Virus record (IMG/VR): IMGVR_UViG_3300016478_000246
Span: 1-64,000 of that record
Length of the DNA: 64,000 nt
Strand: one strand, 5' to 3'
From: a virus
Shown: piece by piece, positions 1 to 6,911 of the stretch
Position numbering within the stretch: position 1 is the stretch's first letter
How the letters are laid out: each line of letters opens with the position of its first letter
Translations under genes and position numbers: made by a program
The notes under the pieces: generated by a model
Told to the model about the DNA's origin: nothing
The model's input: only the letters and a program-made list of their open reading frames with translations
The model's database searches: none

Positions 1-246
1 GTATCTTTTTCATTTGGATTAACGTGATGAAAATCTAAAGAAGCTATACTTTTATTATATCCACAAATAACACATTTACCACCGAGATATTTAACTGCTT
101 CTTCTTTTACACTCTTCTTTGTTCAATATTGTATTCTAAAATACAAGATTTACATAATCCATGTGTTATTTTCTTTTTACCATTTGAATTATAAAAATCT
201 AATTCTTTATTTTTTATAATTCCACATTTTGGGCACTTTTTTTCAT
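1..246 (-). pseudogene. Frameshifted zinc-binding HNH-type endonuclease, truncated by the window edge
   Basis: Minus-strand pieces KCPKCGIIK...GLCKSC and KEEAVKYLGGKCVICGYNKSIASLDFHHVNPNEKD lie in different frames. Joining them to ATG 246 needs one base restored in each of two A-rich runs (~240, ~118). Confidence 0.6.
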
Positions 247-274
247 AATAGTAATTTAAAAGAAAGTTTTATAC

Positions 275-655
275 ATTATGGATAACTTTCAACCATCCAG
301 GATTACTCCGTAAAATAACACAGTCTATAGGGAACCGATTTTACAATATTAAAGCACGCCTATGCTACTTCTTTAATAAGGTTTACATCCTGTTAAATCA
401 GGATTGGCATCATTGTTTAAACTCGTATCAATGTTTAACGAGTACATTTGTACAAGGATTTCTCCGATTAATTATAGGTATTTTTATCCACTAGGCAAGA
501 ACGAATCTACTTAAGCCTATGAACTAATTAGTCCTACATCGTTTACCGACTCACATTTTTTAAAGTGAATACTGTTAATTCAGTGCATTTCAGGGGGTCC
601 TATTTTCCCTCCTACGATTAATTAATCACCCTGTCAATTCAGGGGTTGTATTTTT
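275..655 (-). ncRNA. Unidentified multi-hairpin structured RNA
   Basis: No ORF. At least 8 stems; mismatches on + become G-U pairs on - (e.g. UGGAUGGU/GUUAUCCA, CGGUU/GACUG, AGCAU/GUGCU). Confidence 0.45.
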
Positions 656-740
656 ATGTAAATTAAGTAGGACAAGCACAGAAAGGAGGTTTTTAAAATA
701 TGCTTATTAATTTACAAAGGAATCAATGTTTAACCTTAAA

Positions 741-890
741 TGCAAATTAAGTGTGTTGTTACACCAAAATGGGATGCATTTATCCAGCGCGCATAACCTT
801 CTATTCTGTTACCAAATAGGGTATTTCGCTTGCTGGTGGTCCATACTCCTTAGATGATGGCTACTTCCAAGCCTACATTCTTAATATGCA
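741..890 (-). ncRNA. 23S rRNA uL11-binding domain (H42 top-H43-H44) mimic with ~80-nt inserted arm
   Basis: Minus strand reads AAGAAUGUAGGCUUGGAAGUAGCCAUCAUCUAAGGAG...GUGUAACAACACACUU, colinear with 23S nt ~1053-1106, and is closed by UGCAUAUUAAG/CUUAAUUUGCA. Confidence 0.8.
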
Positions 891-892
891 AA

Positions 893-1101
893 AACAAAAC
901 TACCTTGGGAAATGTTACGACACCCTACGCATTATTTGAAGTTGGTGTTCAGATTGCAAGCTCTTAAACTCTTGCTACGATAACATCAATCAACATTTTC
1001 TCTCACTTCCCCAGTTGATTTATAGTACATTCTCTGACGCCAGACTTTCTGGATAGTTTCTTCGGGACATACTATTTGAAAACTTGATTAGTAGTTTTGT
1101 T
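893..1101 (-). ncRNA. Unidentified multi-stem RNA with predicted pseudoknot
   Basis: Perfect 11-bp terminal stem AACAAAACUAC/GUAGUUUUGUU, three internal arms, and a loop UGGGGAA complementary to UUCCCA near the 3' end. Confidence 0.55.
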
Positions 1102-1499
1102 TATTCGTTGAGTAACCTGTTTAGATGATTAATTCTTGCTTGCCTATCACCAGGGCAGAACCAATAACCTCCATAATATTTTTCTTCACCATATCTTAAT
1201 GGAGAAAAGTTGTCATTACAAGTGATATTCATTAAAGATTTAGCCTCTTTTTTAGATATATCTTTTTCATCACAAAGCACTTGAATTGTGCGGCATAATC
1301 CCACAAAACATGCATCATAATTATCTACAATCTCAATAAGCCTTTTAATAAGCTCTTTTTCTCTTTTGCTGATAGGACGAATCTTTTTAGGCTTATTAAA
1401 CCACGCAGGCATCTTTTCAAGGAGCCAGTAAGTAGCCAGTAAGACTACATATATCCCTATTAATATGGGGATAAATTCAAGTTGTTCTTGTGTTATCAT
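1101..1499 (-). CDS. Hypothetical protein, paralog 3 of a YWF..GD.Q.RI family, with N-terminal TM helix
   Basis: 132-aa ORF; shares GLC and YWFxxGDxQxRI motifs with its two neighbours; hydrophobic residues ~9-27. Confidence 0.75.
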   Translation of the reverse strand: MITQEQLEFIPILIGIYVVLLATYWLLEKMPAWFNKPKKIRPISKREKELIKRLIEIVDNYDACFVGLCRTIQVLCDEKDISKKEAKSLMNITCNDNFSPLRYGEEKYYGGYWFCPGDRQARINHLNRLLNE

Positions 1500-1779
1500 A
1501 AAGTAATTTTCTCAAGTGATTAATTCGTGCTTGTTTGTCACCAATTTTAAACCAGTATGCGCTATATTGGTTTTTATTTGGATTATTATAGTATATAAAA
1601 CGCGAAACTTGCGAATATTGATTTGTATCTATATGGCATCTTCTGTATAAATTTCTTGCAAAAATACACAATCCAAGAACACTCCATTTTTCCCAAAGGT
1701 CAGTTTCTTCAAGAAACTTCAATAGAAGTTTCCCTCCTCTTATGTTTTTAACCTTTGGTTTTTTCGTCTTTGCTTCCAT
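1477..1779 (-). CDS. Hypothetical protein, paralog 2
   Basis: KNIRGGKLLLK...GLC.FA...AYWFKIGDKQARI shared with 1748..2050. Confidence 0.8.
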   Translation of the reverse strand: MEAKTKKPKVKNIRGGKLLLKFLEETDLWEKWSVLGLCIFARNLYRRCHIDTNQYSQVSRFIYYNNPNKNQYSAYWFKIGDKQARINHLRKLLYDNTRTT

Positions 1780-2050
1780 ACAATAATTGCTTTAAATAAT
1801 CAATCCTTACTTGTTTGTCACCAGGCTTAAACCAATAAGCCTCATTATAGGGCGTTTTTGGCTTATTCTCAAAAATAAAGTCTATAATTTCATCATATTG
1901 TTTGTCATTTATTCTCGAGTATTTTAATAAATGATAAGCAAAAGAACAAAGACCTCTAATGCCGCCTATTTCAAACAAATTGCTGCTTTCAAGATGTTTC
2001 AAGAGCAATTTCCCTCCCCTTATGTTCTTAATCTTCGACCTCGTCCCCAT
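1748..2050 (-). CDS. Hypothetical protein, paralog 1
   Basis: KNIRGGKLLLK...GLCSFA...AYWFKPGDKQVRI. Confidence 0.8.
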   Translation of the reverse strand: MGTRSKIKNIRGGKLLLKHLESSNLFEIGGIRGLCSFAYHLLKYSRINDKQYDEIIDFIFENKPKTPYNEAYWFKPGDKQVRIDYLKQLLYGSKDEKTKG

Positions 2051-2126
2051 CGAATATAGACTTAGAGGTGAATACTACAAAAATAATATATCCAACGATT
2101 AACGCTGCGTAACCTAATATTTCCAT
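2028..2126 (-). CDS. 32-aa single-TM microprotein (below ORF-track cutoff)
   Basis: MEILGYAALIVGYIIFVVFTSKSIFDGDEVED*; AT-rich leader; overlaps the next start as its neighbours do. Confidence 0.55.
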   Translation of the reverse strand: MEILGYAALIVGYIIFVVFTSKSIFDGDEVED

Positions 2127-2273
2127 GATAAAATGTTTTTGTGTTGTTATTCAAATTTATCTCTATAAGCCGACATTAATGTTCGATAGCTCTCTTGATA
2201 CTCTTTTGAGGTGAGTATGACATATACCTTATCTTTTGAATAAGATACTTCATACCCAGCCTCATTGAGTTTT

Positions 2274-2492
2274 TTAATCATTTGCTTTTGGGTCATAATA
2301 AGAGATATTTACTTGTTCATAATCTAAAGCATCAATTAGCTCTAATGAATGCACATGACCTGAGATTAACTCAGGATTGATTAGCCTTAACCAATACACA
2401 TTCAATAGATTCCTATCCGGTGCACAGGTGATGCTATCACAATGTATAATTGTAATGTCCTCTGTGAAGTGCGTGAGTTCAATTTTAATCAT
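2274..2492 (-). CDS. Hypothetical protein
   Basis: 72-aa ORF, ATGA-coupled to the upstream microprotein. Confidence 0.6.
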   Translation of the reverse strand: MIKIELTHFTEDITIIHCDSITCAPDRNLLNVYWLRLINPELISGHVHSLELIDALDYEQVNISYYDPKAND

Positions 2493-2611
2493 AAAATAAT
2501 TAAATTAACTATTAATATAATTATTAAAATCCCTACAGCCATAATCCCCCAGAGCGCTGTCATGGTAGGATAATCATTGTTTGGCCCTTGGTTGTTAGAT
2601 AATGCGCTCAT
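2489..2611 (-). CDS. 40-aa single-TM microprotein (below ORF-track cutoff)
   Basis: MSALSNNQGPNNDYPTMTALWGIMAVGILIIILIVNLIIL*; its stop overlaps the next start (ATGA). Confidence 0.6.
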   Translation of the reverse strand: MSALSNNQGPNNDYPTMTALWGIMAVGILIIILIVNLIIL

Positions 2612-2676
2612 AATGTAACATTTAAATTGTTTTATGCCCGCACCCTCCGAAGAGGGCTTGGACACAAAAACAAAGT

Positions 2677-2946
2677 TTATAATGAATTTACATCGCTATT
2701 ACTCCACAAATCAGGATTGTGAGGATACTCGACATCTTTGAATAAATTCAAAAATGGCATCATGTTCTGTAACACCTGAGCTGCAAGATAATGATCGTTT
2801 TCGTCAAGAGCTCTTTTAGCCACTTCTTGCCAGTCTTTGATACACCAAAGGTGTACTATAGATAGATTGAGTTGTGCCCCAACGACACCATAACCTTCGC
2901 GCATTTCTAATAAAGGTTGCGCACCCTTCTTAACGTTTTTTGTCAT
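2677..2946 (-). CDS. Hypothetical protein
   Basis: Likely start ATG 2946 (MTKNVKK) after an A-rich leader. Confidence 0.65.
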   Translation of the reverse strand: MTKNVKKGAQPLLEMREGYGVVGAQLNLSIVHLWCIKDWQEVAKRALDENDHYLAAQVLQNMMPFLNLFKDVEYPHNPDLWSNSDVNSL

Positions 2947-3510
2947 AATGATTTGTTTTTGTGTTAGTAAATGTGTTCCCAAGGACAGAATCAACTGAGC
3001 CTTGGGTGATAATCCTGCAAGATATTTAATCTCTTACGGAGTACCAGTGGTGGTGTGCAGTAGTTATCTGCAAAACCATTGAATAATTATATTGGCCAAT
3101 ATAATCTCTTCAAGATTGATTTAACTCCGAGATACGATCTCAAGCCCACCTGTCACAGTCTAATGTCTGCGCACATTTTTGGTCAACACATAGCAACGCT
3201 TTGCTTATATGTCAACAGTAAATCTAAGGACTGTCAGGTAGTAATTTTGTCCTTAGATGATTTAGGCTTTTATAAAAAAATAGTTAATAATACCACAATT
3301 ATCTCACGATAATATGGTATTTATGCACCTTTCACTAAGCTATTGTGGTGCATGTTTAAACTCCATACAGCTCTGGAGTGTATTTAAAAGTCATCATTGC
3401 CTATCAGTTACAAAAACTACAATTCTCTGATTAGTCTCAATGACAGGCAAATCGACCTTTGATGACGGTAAACTCTGGAAATTCCCCACAATCGTGGGGA
3501 AAATCCTGGG

Positions 3511-3801
3511 TTAGTCCTCAACGAAAACCACTTTGCAATACTTTTTGTCCGGGTTTTCGATAGTCTCGATAGTAAACACTTCGTTCCTGATTTCATCGGG
3601 AACGTCTACCATTTTTTGAACAATAGTAGAAAAGTTTTGAGTTTTATCCTTTGTATCAGTAGCTGATACCAATAAAAGCGTAAACTCTCTACCATCAGGA
3701 AGTACAAGTTTATCGAATTTGTCAAACTTACACTTGTACGTTTCTGTTGCGTTTGGAAACGCGCTGCTTTGCGAAGTAGCTAATAAAGCACCTAATTTCA
3801 T
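3511..3801 (-). CDS. Hypothetical protein, first gene of the minus-strand block
   Basis: 96-aa ORF with ATG and AT-rich leader, followed by hairpin TTCCCCAC/GTGGGGAA. Confidence 0.7.
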   Translation of the reverse strand: MKLGALLATSQSSAFPNATETYKCKFDKFDKLVLPDGREFTLLLVSATDTKDKTQNFSTIVQKMVDVPDEIRNEVFTIETIENPDKKYCKVVFVED

Positions 3802-3854
3802 AATGATGAATTTTTGGGGATTAATAAATATCCGATATAACCACTACCACAAAG

Positions 3855-4125
3855 AAGTGGGGAGGGGTCAGGGACCGGCGTAAGCCGGAGGGGGGGTTTG
3901 GTGGGGGTATTCCCCCATCTGACTGTGTTATATATTTTTAGGTAGCGGCAAGTGTATTCTCCCTCTCTAACCGTATTGTAATATTTCCAACAGCAGTATC
4001 TATATCCCCTCCCCCTCTAACTGTATGGAAATTTTTACTACGGGAACACACTTCTCTCCCCCTCTCTACCCTTGATATATGATAGGGGGGGGGGTATAAG
4101 CGGCCTTAATATAAAACCCCCGGGT
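3855..4125. repeat. Strand-switch region with G-runs and four ~49-bp-spaced imperfect direct repeats (candidate origin)
   Basis: C-rich tract plus TCT(A/G)(A/C)C cores at 3918, 3966, 4016, 4065; G-tracts at 3858-3907 and G10 at 4085-4094; lies between divergent gene blocks. Confidence 0.5.
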
Positions 4126-4186
4126 AGCATATCTGCTAAAAACAGTCATAGATAAGGCCAAAAAGTATAACTATTTTTGATTATAG

Positions 4187-4218
4187 TTTGTGTATGTCAA
4201 ATTTTTTACTTATCTTTG
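4187..4218 (+). promoter_or_regulatory. Bacteroidota primary-sigma promoter
   Basis: TTTG-N20-TATCTTTG matches the -33/-7 consensus TTTG/TAnnTTTG. Confidence 0.8.
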
Positions 4219-4626
4219 TAGTAATTCAAAATGTACCATACATTTTATTCATCCAGAAGCCACATTGTAGTAAGAGTGTGAGCGATGGATTAAGGGGGGT
4301 CTATTAACCGCCTAGAATTAAAAACAGCTTACGATATAAGTTATGGTGAGACGCCAATATGGTTGGGAAAAGGTTCAGGACAAAGGTCTCCACGGGGTAT
4401 AAAAGTTTTAGCAGTCTTATGACTGCCAGAATAATAAGACGGCCCTAACGAAGTTTGTATGCTAAGGCATTACGGAATACATAACGTATTGTCAAGCCTG
4501 CGGTAGAGATGCCGCAAGCCTAGGACTTACTATATCTATTAATATAATTTATTATTTTAACCTAGTATAATGTAGTTATACAGGACAGGACATCCTATAC
4601 CCTTTTTGGTAAGATATACATATAAT

Positions 4627-4698
4627 TGCGGGATGCAGCAGTGGTAGCTGGCGAGGCTCATATCCTCGAGGTCGTCCGTTCGAGTCGGACTCCCGCAA
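4627..4698 (+). tRNA. tRNA-Met (CAT)
   Basis: TGCGGGA/TCCCGCA acceptor stem, CGAGG-CTCATAT-CCTCG anticodon arm, TTCGAGT T-loop; CCA not encoded. Confidence 0.9.
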
Positions 4699-4832
4699 CA
4701 ATAGCCCTAAGTACACGGGAACGAAAAGCGCGAAGGCATAACATTGGCTCTGCTTACTTGTCGTCCGAATCGTATGTCGGCACAGTTTTTTATAGGTTTC
4801 TGGAGGCGTTGACAAAAAACCTATTACATTTT

Positions 4833-4904
4833 GCCCCCTTAGCTCAATGGTGGAGCTTTCGCTTTGTAAGCGAGGGGTTGCTGGTTCGAGTCCGGCAGGG
4901 GGCT
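4833..4904 (+). tRNA. tRNA-Thr (TGT)
   Basis: GCCCCCT/AGGGGGC acceptor stem, TCGC-TTTGTAA-GCGA anticodon arm, TTCGAGT T-loop. Confidence 0.9.
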
Positions 4905-4922
4905 CAAAATTAAATTTATTAT

Positions 4923-5129
4923 ATGCCAAAGTACAAATGTATTAACAAGGATTGTGTGGTATTTGGTGTTGAGGTCAATGTCCCTTTGACAAGGATTATT
5001 TATGATGCTGCTGGAAATAGAGAAGACTTTGCGGCCAGGTGCCCTGATTGTAATGAGGTGCGCGAGTTAGTGCCTTACGAGGGGATGACCACTCATATGA
5101 TGGGTAGTGATAATATCTGTAAAAAATAA
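4923..5129 (+). CDS. Small zinc-ribbon protein
   Basis: MPKYKC....C ... CPDC. Confidence 0.7.
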   Translation: MPKYKCINKDCVVFGVEVNVPLTRIIYDAAGNREDFAARCPDCNEVRELVPYEGMTTHMMGSDNICKK

Positions 5130-5144
5130 ATAATGTTAAATTAT

Positions 5145-5175
5145 TTTGCTATTCGGGATAATTTACTTATCTTTG
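5145..5175 (+). promoter_or_regulatory. Bacteroidota primary-sigma promoter
   Basis: TTTG-N19-TATCTTTG, 22 nt before ATG 5198. Confidence 0.75.
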
Positions 5176-5197
5176 CATCAGTTTAAAATTAAAAGTT

Positions 5198-5428
5198 ATG
5201 AGGCGTAGAAGATTAGCTGAGACTGAGGCCATGAGGCCCGATTGGAAGAGTGGTGAAGTTGAGGGCAATACCCTGACAAATCCAAACCTTATTAAGTCTA
5301 TTGGGTTTAGCCCTGAAGGTGAAGTGGTTAAACAATTATTCTCTGACAGAGTATCAGTAGTGGATATCAACAATAACTCTGTTAGGGTAGTGTATCACTC
5401 TGAAGTGGTTGATAATGATAGTCTATGA
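5198..5428 (+). CDS. Hypothetical protein
   Basis: ORF directly after the promoter; ATGA-coupled to the next gene. Confidence 0.7.
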   Translation: MRRRRLAETEAMRPDWKSGEVEGNTLTNPNLIKSIGFSPEGEVVKQLFSDRVSVVDINNNSVRVVYHSEVVDNDSL

Positions 5429-5718
5429 GGGTAATATTTAGATATGGTCAGTATAAATTGGCCGAGGTGGTCGACACCACCAGGAAGTCCCCTAAGGGCT
5501 GGTATTTGCCGGCGTTAGTGAATGATGATGTCAATGGTGATGCGTTGTATCTGTATTATCTCCCTGACAGTGAGAACATGCAGAAGGTAATGGAGTTGTT
5601 TGATAGTGATGAGATTGATTTGGATACGCTGGATATATCATTTTTTGATGATAAGTGGATTTCAGAGAAGTTTGATCCTGGCGCAACAGTTACATCTGTA
5701 GAGGTGTTTAAGTGGTAA
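5425..5718 (+). CDS. Hypothetical protein
   Basis: 97-aa ORF within the operon. Confidence 0.7.
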   Translation: MRVIFRYGQYKLAEVVDTTRKSPKGWYLPALVNDDVNGDALYLYYLPDSENMQKVMELFDSDEIDLDTLDISFFDDKWISEKFDPGATVTSVEVFKW

Positions 5719-5730
5719 AATATTAATTAT

Positions 5731-5940
5731 ATGAGTGGAGAAGAACTAAGTAAGAAGGCTGAATACGAAAGTGAGCCTGTCTTTTATTGTAAGAGTTGTT
5801 TGTCGTTAGACATTCGCAATAACAATGATGAGGAGATACCTTGTTATTGCAATAAGTGTGGTAGTGCTGATATTGATGAGGTGCCGCACGATGAGTGGAA
5901 GTATATTTATAAGTTACGTTACAAAAAAGATTTTAAGTAA
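5731..5940 (+). CDS. Small zinc-finger protein
   Basis: CKSC...CNKCGS. Confidence 0.75.
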   Translation: MSGEELSKKAEYESEPVFYCKSCLSLDIRNNNDEEIPCYCNKCGSADIDEVPHDEWKYIYKLRYKKDFK

Positions 5941-5945
5941 TTGTT

Positions 5946-6224
5946 ATGGCGGAAGAGAAGAAATTAACCAGTCAGGAAATGAAAGAGGCACTGTCACAAA
6001 CGACAGACCAGAACAACCAAATGCGTGAGTATATTGGACAGTTACAACAGCAATTACAGCGCGTATCTGACGCTTCAATTTATAAGCGTATTGATTACTT
6101 ATTTGCGGTAATTGCCAACGAAAAAGTGTTCCCAAAAGATTTTGTAGGAGCGTGTGTTGATGAGTTAGTGCAGGTTTTAACGTTACCAGAAAAGGCGCAG
6201 AGTACGAACGAGGATAACGGATAA
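5946..6224 (+). CDS. Coiled-coil hypothetical protein
   Basis: Q-rich heptads; TAATG coupling to the next gene. Confidence 0.75.
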   Translation: MAEEKKLTSQEMKEALSQTTDQNNQMREYIGQLQQQLQRVSDASIYKRIDYLFAVIANEKVFPKDFVGACVDELVQVLTLPEKAQSTNEDNG

Positions 6225-6643
6225 TGAGCAAGACTAATATCAGTAAAAATGCCAATGTCGCCACGATACCAACAAAGCCTGGTATTAGTTTTTATTATAA
6301 GTGGTTGTCGTTTCTGATACCATTTCATAAGCTGACAGACCGGGAGAGGCAGGTATTAGCAGGGCTCCTTAATAAAAGGCATGAGTTGAAAAGGCTTATA
6401 TCTGATGATAATATGCTTGATAATCTTATGAAGCAACCAGAGGTCCGCAAGGAGGTTCGTGAGGAGCTTAACATAGGACCACAGCAGTTTAATGTTTTAT
6501 ATTCAAAGCTAAGGGCTGCGGGGGTTATCGTTGGTGATAAGATTAATAAGAAGTATATCCCGAACATTGAACATGGTTCCAAAGAATATAAGTTAGTACT
6601 TATTTTTGAAGTGAATGGAGGAGAGGCCGATATACCTAAATAA
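6224..6643 (+). CDS. Putative HTH DNA-binding protein
   Basis: LTDRERQVL...REELNI...FNVLYSKLRAAGVI resembles a winged-HTH pattern. Confidence 0.55.
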   Translation: MSKTNISKNANVATIPTKPGISFYYKWLSFLIPFHKLTDRERQVLAGLLNKRHELKRLISDDNMLDNLMKQPEVRKEVREELNIGPQQFNVLYSKLRAAGVIVGDKINKKYIPNIEHGSKEYKLVLIFEVNGGEADIPK

Positions 6644-6911
6644 GGAGCTTACTAGCCTTGTAAAGGTGGTTGCCAGGAAGCTAAGCATTCCACCAGAGCA
6701 AGTCATGCTGGCATATAAGACATATTTTGAGCATATGGCTCACGGCATAAAGACAGCAGATTTCTATAATGTGCCAGAAGGCGAGGAGTATTCTGTCGCC
6801 TATGGATTAAAGTATTTAGGCAAGTACGTAGCCGAGAAGAAAGTAATACGTGCAATTAATAAAACACTAAGGGAGAGAAATAGTGAAAATTTTAAACATA
6901 AAAAAGGCTAA
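6615..6911 (+). CDS. Hypothetical basic protein, possibly HU/IHF-like
   Basis: Helical N-terminus (LVKVVARKLSI) followed by GLKYLGKY; weak resemblance only. Confidence 0.45.
   Translation: MEERPIYLNKELTSLVKVVARKLSIPPEQVMLAYKTYFEHMAHGIKTADFYNVPEGEEYSVAYGLKYLGKYVAEKKVIRAINKTLRERNSENFKHKKG

Noticed and set aside
275-655. Group I intron hosting the HNH at 1-246
   Set aside because: No P7/J8-7 core motifs like those of the four real introns, and no interrupted host gene upstream.
741-890. A genuine 23S rRNA gene or host contamination
   Set aside because: Similarity is limited to ~55 nt, is interrupted by an 81-nt arm, and is flanked by phage-type sequence. I also looked by eye for a sarcin-ricin loop (AGTACGAGAGGA) nearby and saw none.
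3079-3312. 77-aa plus-strand ORF
   Set aside because: TTG start, opposite to all neighbours, lies over inverted repeats and has no recognisable motif.
3905-4075. CRISPR mini-array
   Set aside because: The repeats are degenerate, low-complexity and non-palindromic, with no constant repeat-spacer structure.
4576-4929. ORFs 4576..4929(-) and 4626..4913(+)
   Set aside because: They overlap two well-formed tRNA genes and are shadow ORFs.
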